Below are positions 1 to 12,463 of a stretch of DNA of 64,000 nt, one piece after another. Made by a program: the position numbers and the translations under genes. The DNA comes from Botryllus schlosseri (lineage: Eukaryota). Position 1 is the first letter of the stretch; every line of letters starts with the position of its first letter. Location of the stretch: positions 34,474,001 to 34,538,000 of the forward strand of contig CM119371.1 in NCBI GenBank assembly GCA_051294905.1. Reading direction: 5' to 3'. Under the pieces are notes generated by a model. It saw nothing but the letters and a program-made list of their open reading frames with translations, searched no databases and was not told where the DNA came from.

Positions 1-533
1 GTTGTAAAAGGCTTGAAATATTAGCAGGTATTGAAGTTGAATTCGGTATCCCACAATACTATCAACAGTTGTAGTGGATTTGGGGTCCAACAGTATCAAC
101 AATATAGATCTGGAATTCCCGCTGATTGACAAAAGGTCTCTATGGCAGGAGTCACCAACACGCGGCCCGCGACCTGCTGATTTCATATTTCGGAAGAACG
201 CTTAAGCAATACTAAATAGATTACGTACAGGCGCGTAGGGGGGTTTCGGGGGTCGAAATCGCTTCTTTTTCAAACTCGAATCACTGTCCGTTTGAAATGT
301 CCGTTCCATCTCCAATATTCAGTTGCAATTCAGTACCGTAATTCGTATTATCAGTGTTGTGTGCCGCCAATTATCGAGAATCGACTCTGCACAACAGCAT
401 GCGATCTCCAGCTGAGATTGTCATTGATTGCTGCTATCGTCGCTGACGCCTGAAGTATCGCATCTGCAACAGGCCCCGCATGCTTTGGCTCCTATCTCTC
501 CATGGTTTTGAAGCAATGTTTATACGTGTATAG

Positions 534-720
534 CAGAGTTGGAGTAATTGTAATTTGTAATTGAGCTGAATGTATTTCATTACATTTCTTCATGAAATTG
601 TAATTGTAATTGAAGCATTTTCATTTTGTGTAATTGTTATTGTAATTATAATTATATCAAATTTTTGCCTAATTACAATTTCAGTTATAGTACATTGTTA
701 TTGAGACCTGACAAGCACAA
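534..720 (-). mobile_element. Terminal fragment of the CAATTA-repeat hAT-like non-autonomous family
   Basis: Starts CAGAGTTGGA followed by (TAATTG)n; reverse complement matches the right end of the element at 62466-62648. No partner end seen. Confidence 0.7.
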
Positions 721-1139
721 CACAAAATAATTGACGCTTCTTCGTTTTGCGATCAACAGCCAACCAGTGTTCATCGTGACACTAATAACTGTTTCCCATC
801 AACATGTATACACTTTCCATTACCATTTACACTTTCGGAAACTGCCATACAACTTTACAAACGAAACTGGGACAGATTTCACATGCATATCACAATGCGA
901 AACTGCAGCAAGAAGTCCGCCGCAACCTTTACTACTGCCAAATGTCGATTTGTACCTCAATGTAGCCTACATCGCCACGCTGACGCAATAGCTAAGATCA
1001 AGAACAATGGATTACTCGTATGTACCTGGCTTTAAACTATGGCATTATCTTTAGCAATAAAAATTTGGTCGAGTAAATAACAATCTCCCGTCATCATAGA
1101 GTAGCTATTTCGTAATGTGGTTTTAAAATACGTAGGAAC

Positions 1140-1581
1140 CAGTGCTGAGCGGATATTGCTTTCTGAGAATCCGAATCCGTCCGACGGCTCGAGTCTCTAC
1201 GGAACTATCCGTCCGAATCCGAACAATATCAAGCAAAAATTCATAGGAATTCGAATATTGTCGTCCAGAATCCGAAAATACCGAATCGAATAACTTGTTC
1301 GAAGAATCCTGCTGAGCTGCGAGTAGTTTATAGGTTAGGGTTAGCTGATATATATTTGCTTGAACCTTTTACAGAACAACTCTAGACTGTCGCCAGTCTT
1401 ATCAGAACATGTTTACTGTTGGAGTTTGGTTGTCGAGCTGAAACTTTTTTCTTTTGGCATTAAATCACGTCACGTCTGGTCAGAACTATCCAATGATATC
1501 CGACGCAGAAGTTACAGCTATCCGAAAATATCCGGAACAAAGTTTGCAATAGAATCCGAATCCGTCCGATGCTCATCACGG
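1140..1581. mobile_element. hAT-like MITE with AATCCG subterminal repeats
   Basis: Ends CAGTGCTGAGC...GCTCATCACGG; perfect 8-bp TSD GTAGGAAC on both sides. Confidence 0.85.
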
Positions 1582-1870
1582 GTAGGAACACGACGCCGTC
1601 CATATGTTTGATTTCGAAATACCCATGGTTCGCATCACGCTTTGCTCGGGGAATAGTCATAGACCGCAAAGTTATCTTTTTGTTTTTTTCTTGTTACGTC
1701 GTATAAAAGGCTAATATTGTAGAGGACGGTATGATCGATTGATTGGGTCTCTATTACCATTTTAATGGCACTATTCATTTATTCTCAAGCGTTGTTTTAG
1801 CGACTGTGGTGGCCGGTGCATGTATAGGGCGGTGGCGTGACCTGTCTTTAATATTTGCGTAGCTCAGGAT

Positions 1871-3484
1871 CAGAGTTGGATCAATTACAATATTTTAATT
1901 CAATTACAATTGCAATCACAATTACTTCCTTGCATGTTTCAATTACATTACAATTACAATTACCCAATGCTAAAAATATCAAGTTGCAATTACAATTACA
2001 ATTACTGTTAAATATGTAATTAATTACTATTATAATTACAATTACAATTACTTTTAAACAGGTAATTGATTCAGTAAAGAGGTGTTCTTTGACAACCGTA
2101 GCGACGTGATTAGCAACAATCTCAAGCTATTCATGTTTCATTCCTGATATGTAGAATACCCTTTAATTAAAAAAACTCGAACGTATTCGACCTATTCCTA
2201 ACCATGAGTACTAAAAAGTACAAGCACAGAAAAAAGTTTCAAAGCGACTGTTAAGAACCAAAGGTTTGAGCGACTAACAGCGAATAGGCTACAGGACAGT
2301 AAATGAAATGTAATCAAACGATTAGGCTACTCAAAGCTGAGTCAGGATAATGAAATGTAATTGGTGAGGCATCAGCCATAAGGATGATACCGATAAGGCG
2401 CGTGAAATTAAAATAAATGCAAAAGGAGAGAACCTCCTGATAACTGAGAATTACAATATTTTGGTTCGCATTTACATTTTCACTTGCTCGGAAACTGTTA
2501 GATTGCATTTGATGAACATTAGGGTGCGAAAAGTTTCTGGTCCCAGTAAATTTGGCCAAGATTGGAGGTAAGATTGGGATACATTTCTACAAATGCGTGA
2601 TGAAGTTTGATGAAGCCTTGGTTCGAAACTTGATTTTTTTTTTGCTATTGTTGCAACAAGCCTCGGTACTGGTCAGAGATTAAGAAAACTTTGACCATGA
2701 TGTAGGAAATGGTTCAGCACAGGTTTCAGAAGAGTTTATTTGCTGTTCATCCATTTTTGAAATACTCAGATTTAGTTTAGCCCACTGGTTCTCTAACTTT
2801 TTTAGACACGCCCGCCTTTATGACATTGAATATTTCGTGCCCCCCTTATCGCCATAGCACACAATGAAACCAGAAAGTTAGCAATCTTTACATATAGTTT
2901 GATGGTATGGAAGGCTATGACTGTTGATGAGAGAATTCTCCAATACGAAATTCAGACTATACACCGAGCAATAACCATAAAACGGAGGTTAATCGTGCCA
3001 AGCGCGGAAAAGATTTCAGTACATTGGAGCGTCGCGCCCCGCTCAGATGCTTTCACGCCGCCTAAGGGGGCACGCCCCCAGTTTGAGAACCACTGGTTTA
3101 GTCTATATTGTAATTCACAAAGTTTTATGTTGCTACTGAAGTATGGGAAACAGTTTAGCGTGACTGAATTATCTAGTTATAACGCTGCACGCATATAACA
3201 CCGATGTAAATAGGCTAATTATTGCATGTGGTGACTGTTCACTAAGGCCTTAAGGCCCCTCATCGTCATCCTGGTTCGTACTGGATTTTCACTGGTGCGA
3301 CGAATAAATGATTGATAAAATGATTATTTTATGCTGTGATTGTCAGGTTTCCATGAAAATGTAATTGAGATTGTAATTGAGCAAAATTTTGATCAAATTA
3401 CAATTACAATTACAATTACAATTACATGAAAAATGTAATAAATTACATTCAACTCAATTACAAATTACAATTGATCCAACTCTG
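1871..3484. mobile_element. hAT-like non-autonomous element with (CAATTA)n subterminal arrays
   Basis: TIR CAGAGTTGGATCAATT...AATTGATCCAACTCTG; TSD CTCAGGAT/CTCGGGAT (7/8). Same family as 57093-62648. Confidence 0.88.
2783..3095. mobile_element. Charlie-like hAT MITE nested in 1871-3484
   Basis: CACTGGTTCTC...GAGAACCACTG ends; TSD GTTTAGCC/GTTTAGTC (7/8). Confidence 0.8.
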
Positions 3485-4524
3485 CTCGGGATTAATAAGT
3501 TTGATTATATGAATGTTTTGACATTTCCTGGTACAGTTTGTTGATTTCCTCGTTTGTTATGCAATGAATACTTACACCCCCCTTCACGATTTCACAATTG
3601 TATCACTGACCCGTCGGTAATAAGGTGACCCGCCACGTGATTATCACTTACACACTTGCAGTATTTAAACTTTATATTGAGTACTATAGTAAATGCCCAA
3701 GAAAAATGATGAAAAAAAAAACTAATTGAATTGATACCTTATCTGAAAAGACACGAGGTCATAATGCAATGGCTGAACTGTCGCTGAGCTAGGGATTTAG
3801 ATGCACATGATTGTAATTGTAACGGCTGGGGCGCAGTATGATCGGGAATCTCGTCGCATTTTTCCAGCCGCTAAAACAGGACTGGAAACGCAGCTTCGAA
3901 GTGCGTTGTCATTGGTATTCGATTTTCTGTCAACGATATCAATACTACAATAATGCTGCCTTCGGCATTGACTAGAATTTTCGTATATGCATTATTATTA
4001 GATGCAGCCTTTCGAAAACGTTCTTGCATAATCCACGATATATTGCGCAATATTTACAAACATTGTTATTGTGCAACGCAAGCTCAGTGTGCGTTGTTGT
4101 CAATACAATTGCATTTGTTTCGTATTCGTGGCGTCACTGAATAGCAACAGAAATTTGTTATGCCTGATCTGATGATTAGTAACCATGCTTATTGAGAATA
4201 AAGCGGTTTCAAGCGGATGTTATATTCTGACCACACTACACAAGACAAAACCGTGTCTCAAATCGAGCAAGAACTAGAGTTGTGTGAGTGAATGATCAGT
4301 AATCCATTGGCTGAATCTACTTGAGCCTTCAAACAATACTCTGCTGGTTAAACCTCGAGGTTAAACCTCGAACATACCGGTTGTGTCTGCTCTGAAGCTC
4401 TGATAGATCTGGATTGCTATTGCTCGTACCCGCTAGCGTGTACTGGCTCATTCGAGAGAAATATCTGTACGACACAATACCTGGGTATTCCCCATTTTAC
4501 GTCAAACTGCATCGGCATTCGGCA

Positions 4525-4532
4525 TATATAAA
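4525..4532 (+). promoter_or_regulatory. Putative TATA box of the E2 gene
   Basis: TATATAAA ending 75 nt upstream of the ATG at 4608. Confidence 0.5.
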
Positions 4533-4607
4533 CGCCTTGCTTCTGATATCGACACACGTTACAGCTGAAAGTCAACAGTCGGTCGAAACGAGAGAGGTTG
4601 CTATTTT

Positions 4608-5063
4608 ATGGCGAAGAATCGACTGCAGTTCGAGTGTCGAAAGATCGCTCAAGAAATACAAGCCAATCCCGAGATTTTACAAGCAGGGCCGCTGGACGAC
4701 TCGAACATCTACGTTTGGCAAGCAATATTGCGCGGACCATCAGAAACACCATACGAGGGCGGAAGATTCCATCTTAGAGTCGAATTTCCAACTGAATATC
4801 CATTCAAGCCCCCCAAAATTAAGTTCGAAACCAAAATTTTCCATCCGAATATAAGTCGAAGGGGTACAGTCTGCGTTGATATACTCGCCAACGAGTGGTC
4901 GCCAGCTTTGACTTTGGTCAAGGTGCTGGTGTCGATTTCATCATTGCTAGCTTCACCGAATCCAGACGACCCAATGGATGCAGAAAGCGCTCGATTGTAC
5001 CAAGAGGATTTCGCGCATTATCAGACAATGGCGAGGAATTGGACGGATACGTATGCCAGATGA
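4608..5063 (+). CDS. Ubiquitin-conjugating enzyme E2, UBE2D/Ubc4-5-like, intronless, 151 aa
   Basis: UBCc motifs GPSETPYEGG, FPTEYPFKPPKIKF, HPN (79-81), catalytic Cys89 in GTVCVDIL, WSPALT, PNPDDP; complete ATG-to-TGA ORF. Confidence 0.95.
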   Translation: MAKNRLQFECRKIAQEIQANPEILQAGPLDDSNIYVWQAILRGPSETPYEGGRFHLRVEFPTEYPFKPPKIKFETKIFHPNISRRGTVCVDILANEWSPALTLVKVLVSISSLLASPNPDDPMDAESARLYQEDFAHYQTMARNWTDTYAR

Positions 5064-5322
5064 ACACTGCGACACAGTTACCAGGAATACGACTGAAGCA
5101 AAGAGACCTGGTTTGCGAATCAAGCGCATCATATCAACATCAAGATACACACGAATCAACTAGTTTGTTATCGCCCGCCTGCAGTATTTCAGGCTGTGTC
5201 ACCATTTACCGCTGCCCAAAATTATTTGTATGCATATTCTCGTTTATCCTTATGTCGAATTATTATTGCTGTGCTTACTTAGAAATTTTTTTTATCAACC
5301 CTGTGCACATGCTAAGTCATGC

Positions 5323-5328
5323 AATAAA
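5323..5328 (+). terminator. Putative polyadenylation signal of the E2 gene
   Basis: AATAAA 260 nt after the stop codon. Confidence 0.5.
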
Positions 5329-5566
5329 GATTCAATACATTTCTCTAATACAATCGACATCGAAAACTTCATTTTACTGAGGGAGTGGTTCGGTATAACC
5401 AGGTGAGGTCTGATGGATTCAACTAAAGGAATCCTTACCATTAATTCCTACGGACATCGTTTGCCATGGAACGAAATTTGATATTCCCTGTTTCCGTTAG
5501 TCACGTAAGGCAACTTTACTTCGTAATATAGAAGGGATCACGAAAATGCTGAAACGGTATGACTAT

Positions 5567-6150
5567 CAGGGTTGTAACCAAGTCACAAGGCTCCGAGTCA
5601 CAAGTCAATCTCACTTTTATACTTTTGACTCGAGTCAAGTCGAGTCATTTTCAATTCCCACCGAGTCAAGTCCGAGTCCAAGTCAGCGAACAGAGGATCG
5701 AGTCCGAGTCATGGTATTATGACTCGAGTCCGAGTCCAAGTCATTGTGTTGACTGCTCAGTTTCCAGTTAAAGTCTTCCTAAACCCACTTTTTTAACTCT
5801 GTTTGGTGATATTGAATGGTTCGCATTTATAATATATCAATTTTCCTCACTTTTAGCAGTTTCTGGTCGCATTTTCAAGCACCAGTACCAACAAACGAAA
5901 TCCCAATAGTGTGTTGGCTTCGAAATTACAATGAAATGTCGGTCTTCGCCGTCTGAATCTCGAGTCAATGACTTGGTTCGAGCCATGCGCACTGACACTA
6001 GTCCAAGTCGAGTCAATACACAGATTGACTCGAGTCGAGTCGAGTCATTTCCGTATTTTGAGAAAATGACTCGAGTCGAGTCGAGTCATCCGAAAATCGT
6101 GACTCGAGTCTGACTCGAGTCGAGTCATGACTCGAGTCATTACAACCCTG
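5567..6150. mobile_element. hAT-like MITE, GACTCGAGTC-repeat family A
   Basis: TIR CAGGGTTGTAA...TTACAACCCTG; perfect TSD ATGACTAT; further copies at 23965, 37049, 40029, 44263, 47908. Confidence 0.92.
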
Positions 6151-7857
6151 ATGACTATACTCGTGGGAATCACGCCTGGGTTTGCATCAGGGCTGTAGAG
6201 TCGGAGTCGGTGGAGTCGGAGTTTGGCTAATTTTCGCTTGATGGAGTCGGAGTCGGGAAAACTGTAGTGGCTGGAGTCGGAGTCGGAGTCGTGGAAAAAT
6301 ACTGACTGGAGTCGGAGTCGGAGTTTTGGAAAATTACCCTGACTTCGACTCCGACTCCGACTCCAGCTTCTTTATCATGAAAACAATTGCTTTCAAAGGT
6401 ATCTTTAAATTACTAATAATAACAATATCATGATTTGTATGTACCATCAATCACTGTTATTAGTAACGATACTACCACACCGTGCCCCTCAGGACAAATG
6501 TAGCACGTGAGAAGATTTTGTGTGGCTGCGAGGTAATTATCGAAATTAGATATAACATCAGGTAAATTTGCAAGGCCAAGAAAATTTGATTAGCCTGACC
6601 GCGAAATTTCATGATGATGACTAAAACATCGGTTTCGACGCACTGGGGTAACCAGTGGCCAGCCCCATTCATCACAGATCTTCGTATATGACGATAAAGT
6701 TTTCGTAGCAGATTTATTTGACTTGAAATTTTTCTTAGCACGTCGCATGATTTGTTGTCACGTTTCTTGCATTTAGTATTGGAACCCCTACTGGAAATTA
6801 TAAATACGCGTAATTTACAGAATTGAGTCCAACTATACTCGAAATTAGGAGATGACGTGTCGTCCAACATGCGACTTCGCTTGTGCGCTCGAAGCGAGAT
6901 CGTCGGCGATGAAACATTTGCACAAAATGACTGAGGCATGTTCACCAAAACCGTCGATATTGCTATGTCTAAAACGCCAAATAATCCTGTCCTTGCCAAA
7001 TGAGCCAATCACAGAGGCGACCCCCAATATATGCAAGTAAAATATTTATCGATCGAATTCATTCATTACCTTTGAAAAGATTTCGTGCTTCGCGCGACCA
7101 GGGCATGACTGCACACTGCACAGTTGCACACGGAGTTGTCATGACATAATTGGTATCAATTTTGAAGCGTACTCATATAAGTCTTGTTTTCAATGTTACC
7201 TAATTCGGTTCGTTCCTATCGGACGACTAGAAAAAGGTTATCAACATTCAAGTTGCCCGCGCAATGGTTTGTAAATCTCATGTGGCCCTTTGGCCGAAAA
7301 GGTTGGCCACCGCTGACATAGATAGAATTGGACATTATTGGCAAATTACAATTCAGTTGCATAGAGGAACAAAGAAGCAATATGCATTTTCCCGATGCAG
7401 TCACAAATGGATGCAATTTTTGGAATTATACCATGATATTGTGACAGAGCAAATATATCCTCTGGTTGTAAAATTGATGTAAATATAGCCAAACGCTCCT
7501 TCCCACTTGACAAAATTAACAATATTTGAGGTGTAGCTTAGCTGCTTGGGTCGAACAAATGATTAAGAAAGACAGCAAGTCCTAGTCCTTGATTACTTGA
7601 CTTTAGTGCATGTGGAGTGTAGACTAGACATATGCTATTTGACTACTTCCTACGATTCGTTTATGACCAATGTCTATTAGTGGTGAGAGTGAGTGTGCTT
7701 GTTATCAGTACAGTGTGTAATGAGAAAATTAGTAATATGCATCCCTGTATATTAGATGCTGACTCATACATAAGAGCAACACTTCGATTTTTTTATCTAC
7801 ATTTTAATTATACAGGATAGGACATATGTCGTATTTCAATGATTCATACATTTAGGT

Positions 7858-10800
7858 CAGGGGTTCTCAACCCGCGGTCCGCGGGCCGCATGCGGCCCAC
7901 AGACGATTCTTTTGCGGCCCGCGACATCTTTCAATATAATCACTACTGGCCCCGTATTGTTATGGAAGACCGATGTGTCACATTTGTCGAAGAACAGTTG
8001 TTGTAACAAAGCCTAGAAGCTTGAAATGATAGCACGATAGTTTCATCTGGAGTTATAGCCTACATATCAAACGTTGCTAGCTTGGTTTCAAGCCCAGCAA
8101 TCCATATTTTGAATCATTTTTAAGGGGGTAAGGTACTGCTAGACACACAAAATTTTCAAATTGCGATATTTCCTGAACAGTCAGTCCTAGATTCTCAAAA
8201 ATTGGTATGTGAACTATTTATACTCAACTTTATACACTGTAAAAATTTTAGCATTTTACAAAAATTCCTTGGGCCCGAATTGGGGGGGAGATTGGTGAAT
8301 CGGACGGTTAGCACGGGGAAACGCCTGTCTCTTCGATGGATGCCGAGATATCCTAAAAAATGCTTCATAAAGTGTCCTAAGGCCTCTAAGCACCTGCTGA
8401 AACGCTTGAAACTTCCGATTTTTCGAAAATTTTTACGAAATATGTGTTTGGTACTGGTACGGTGCCGAATTTTCGATTTTTTTTCATAAAATTCAGATCA
8501 TAAGTAGCAAAGTAAGTAAACTAAAACTCTTATAGAAGAAACAATAGTTTCAGCAGGTATAACAGCCCTACTGCTTGTACTGAGCCAAGTTTGATCAGAA
8601 TTGAAGGTCTTCTGATATCAAAATTCGCTTTCCCCGTGACACCATATTAACAAAAACTAGAAATAGGAGAAAATCAACTTTGAAAATTGAAAAATATTTT
8701 ATTGAAAAAGTAGAGCAGGTATTTGAAATCTGTTGCTTTTAAATGGTACAGGCATGCTTTATTCAGTACATAGCCAAATTTTAAGACAATTGAATGTGCC
8801 TAAATGCAAAATCAGTCATAAAAAGTATGAGTGATTTGATGATTTTTTACTCAAAACTGCTATCCCAGATTCGAAAAATTTACAGACCTTGAATTGGACA
8901 TCAGTTAGATGTTGTAAAGATGAAACAACATATCAAGAATACTGCGATATTGTCAAAATACCGATTGCAGGTAGTGTGAGTGGAGATACTTCACCCATAT
9001 TTCACGCGTGATCTTTCAAACATAGAATTTTTAGCATCAATTTCATCATGACACTCCAATACTAATTAGAGTTGCATAACCCTTAGCATTCTGCATTTGC
9101 AAGGTCATGCAATTTGAAAAAAGCTCAATACTTGCAAGGTCCTTGAAGTCGGGTTTGACTATTTGATACATTTTGGATGTCAGCGGATACTTGCGGATTG
9201 GATCGGTAGCATCTTCAAGTTTTACTTTCAAATAAAAGCACCTCCTTTCATCACAATTGCCGTGCATCGGTTCTTCTGGAGTTGAGCTGTTGGGCATCAG
9301 TATTGCCCACACTTCCTCGATGCTTCCTGTGCATCTGGTGCACCATTTACGATGGCATTATCATAATACTGGCTCCATTTTGGTGTTGATCTGGTGATGA
9401 CAATGCTTTTTGTCTTCCTGTTCAACATCATCTCTTTTGATGAGGTGAACCGACGAAAAATTTCTTTCTTGCAGCACGACACTCCGATGCTAATCTCTGT
9501 GGCAAAGCCTTGCTGGATATTTTGCCAATAGCCCCTGCCTGTTGAACCACAGTCCGGGCAAGTCACAATACATTGAATAACTGCATCATGCATGACTTGC
9601 TAGGAAAAAGGTTTCCTCTGAATTCCATCTACCACCATCAGACTTCAACGCAGATAAAAGTTCCAAACTTTTCTTGAATGACTTTATCATAATATTTTCT
9701 CCTATTCTGGTCAAATGCCTGTGTTGTTGTTTTCTTTGTCCCGCCCATTGTAAAATCACAACTAACTATCAGTTTTCCCACAAAATAATTCAAAAATCGG
9801 CCACCGACAACAGGATAGCTAATCAGTAATCACAGTGTCTTGTGACTGTGCTTTACAACTGCTTTGGCTGCCAAAGAATGTTATGATATTCATGCTTGAG
9901 TGATTACAGATATGGCTCTTTTTAATAACTGTTCAAAGTATAAGGATGTGGTCTTTAGTGACAATTTTGAGCTGGTTAAAAATATGGGGGGTGTGTGGAT
10001 ATGGAATTTTTACGAAAATGAGAGATTTTAAATGGAATTTTAACCTACTTATAGCTTGAAATCATGCAAGATGATTACATTTTTGGAAAGAGCTAGTCTC
10101 ATACTTTGTAATTCTGCAATAAAAAAATTATGAAAAATTTTGATGATCTGGGAGTACCTTACCCCCTTAAAATTGCCGACGACATGACAGACGCATTGTT
10201 CAAAATTGCTTGGAATATCGCTAAACCCAAGAATCTGCTAAAGAACGTATGACTTCAATAAAACTTTAACGTACTGTGCGAATATTCGCTGTTTCCGGAA
10301 CTTAGCAGCAAGTCTTACATCACCTGACAAATTTCGAAGCTTCAGTTGTCTGATTCAACAGTCACCAGAAGAGTAACAACGATATCAATCGATCTTTTAT
10401 CGCATGTTCTATAACACGTTGCCACGTAGACTACTTTAGCCTAGCATTGGACCTATCCATCGATGCACACAGTGCACACACATTGCATAGCTAATTATCC
10501 AGGGGCTTTTTATCAGAGTGAGCATGGGCATATTTCCAGAGGAAATGCTGACGGGGAAACGTGGGAAGGGGACCAGTACATCAATTTGACAAAGCTGACT
10601 TCTGTAACTATTGGTGTAGGGTTCCATCCATGGAAGGAAAGGAGGAGAGTTGATTGATTTGCTCAGAAATGACCCCCAACGTCTCAATTCTTCTCATTTC
10701 ACTGAGAGCTCAAAGTGATAATGACCTCAGTAACGAAAAAGTCACCGTAATTTTATACTTGCTCGCTCACGCATTGAAACAGAGAGTTCGGTTCTCTGGT

Positions 10801-11114
10801 GGTGGAAGGGTTTGAAGGGTGCATATACTATACCGACGTGGCAACGAATGGAATGTACGCTCCATGAAGGGATTTACTTGCGCCACTAGAAGATCGATAT
10901 TCTCACAAAAAAAAAAACAGCAACTGCAAACTTACGAACGCTCTCCAATAATGCTTTAGAATGCATAAAAATGTACTAAATTCCCGAATAAGACTGATAA
11001 ATAGGCCTAAATTTAATAGTAGCCCACAAATACATGGTGATAATGTTCTGCGGCCCGCAGCGTCTTTTAGTGTGAAAATGCGGCCCGTTATAAGAGGGAA
11101 GTTGAGAACCCCTG
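7858..11114. mobile_element. Charlie-like hAT element with GCGGCCC motifs, nested in 6188-11530
   Basis: TIR CAGGGGTTCTCAAC...GTTGAGAACCCCTG; perfect TSD ATTTAGGT. Confidence 0.9.
8124..10166 (-). mobile_element. Kolobok-like DNA transposon, internally deleted and decayed
   Basis: TIR GGGGGTAAGGTACT...AGTACCTTACCCCC flanked by TTAA; minus-strand peptide remnants CPDCG (9297-9593) and IVKPDFKDLASIELFSNCMTLQMQNA (9046-9312) resemble Kolobok-type transposase segments as I recall them. Confidence 0.75.
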
Positions 11115-11758
11115 ATTTAGGTTATTAGAGAGTCCATGTTATAAAAACTGATAAAATATGAATAACGGAAGGATATTTAAAAAGGAAATCTTTTATGCAT
11201 AGTGAATAATTCGAGCTGTGCCACAATGAAACAATTTTGCATGCCATCGTTTATCATAGGTTTTGGCTATATGATAGTCATTTAACCGTCACTGTGACAT
11301 ATAATTTTCGAAGTAAATTGGTAATACTGTTGGAGTCGGGGTTGGAGTCAGAGTCGGAGTCGGAGTCGGTAGTTTTAAAGACTCGGGAGTCGGAGTCGGA
11401 GCCGGAGTCGGAGTCGGTAAGTTTGAAGATTCAGGAGTCGGAGTCGGAGTCGGAGTCGGTCCATTGAAAACGCGTGGAGTCGGAGTCGGTGTTGGAGTCG
11501 GTAGTAAAATTTACCGACTCCACAGCCCTGGTTTGCATCACCGGTGGTGGTGTTTCAGGAGGAGGAACCTATTGCTCTCTTGCAGGCCACGCTGTCAACC
11601 TTGTTATTCTTGTGACAGATTTACTAATTATCATGAGTGCCGTGCGTCACCACAGGAAACAGTGCACGATACTAACACAATGGCGTATGACCCGCTTGTC
11701 ATATCCTGCTACCCTGCAACATATGTAGTGCAGCCTTGTCTTATAAGATAATTTTCGG

Positions 11759-12183
11759 TAGGGTTACCATATCATGGAATGGGGAATGGCGGACACATCA
11801 GGATCAGAAAAGTTGGTTGATTAAATCTGAAAACCACCGGTTCGCTTTTTTTTGCTGTAAAATTTGGTGAGTTGACTAAAAAAAGGTCATCACTTTCGTT
11901 CGACTCCCGATTTGCACACTTTTTACTTGAATTTAGTGGTTTTGACTAAACAAAGGGTCGTCACTTTCGATCGAACCACAAATTTCCCGCCCGAACGTCG
12001 GTATTTGCTATTTAGCGTCATTTATGCCCATTTTCACTCGAATCTGCCCATTATGTTAGCTGAGAAGCTGTAAAGGAGGAATAATTGCCAAAAAGGAGGG
12101 CATTTAGGCGTCCTCGGAAGACATTTTCGAAAACCTCAAAAAGGAGGACAAATCCCCCTAAAGGAAGACGTATGGTAACGCTA
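11759..12183. mobile_element. hAT-like MITE with TAGGGTTACCA ends
   Basis: TAGGGTTACCATA...TATGGTAACGCTA; TSD degenerate; related fragments near 41300-41498 and 45245-45310. Confidence 0.65.
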
Positions 12184-12463
12184 ATATTGGGTCACACATA
12201 GGGGATGTCAAAAATTCAGATTAAATATTTTTAAATTCAAGACGAATATCCGACCATTCAAATCCCAGTCTAAATCTTCACATAGTTTGTTATCAGATGA
12301 AAATCAAAACCTATATTTGGTAACAGCCAAGTCGGTCAAAGAGATTATGGTAATGGTTATTCTCGAGCTCTTATTTAAAAACTAATACGAATTTACTAGT
12401 CCTATACACACCAATTCTATTGGAGCCCAGGTAAATACTAATATTCCATAAATATATGTCCAT

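Larger units (their letters stand above)
6188..11530. mobile_element. hAT-like element with (GGAGTC)n subterminal arrays, outer shell of a triple nest
   Basis: TIR CAGGGCTGTAGAGTCGG...CCGACTCCACAGCCCTG; perfect TSD GTTTGCAT at 6180-6187 and 11531-11538. Confidence 0.9.

Noticed and set aside
4414..5380. Overlapping alternative-frame and antisense ORFs around the E2 (likewise within the SEFIR, ARMC1 and ZNF genes)
   Set aside because: Shadow ORFs of real coding sequence with no independent protein features.
5567..6365. CRISPR-like repeated palindromes (GACTCGAGTC, GGAGTC)
   Set aside because: No regular repeat-spacer period, no cas genes; they are subterminal repeats of TIR/TSD-bounded MITEs in eukaryotic DNA.
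6472..7008. 178-aa minus-strand ORF inside the GGAGTC element
   Set aside because: Only a faint resemblance (KRSRM) to a hAT C-terminal motif; no domain I can support.
11237..11751. ORFs rich in ESESES / GVGVG
   Set aside because: Translations of the (GGAGTC)n subterminal array.
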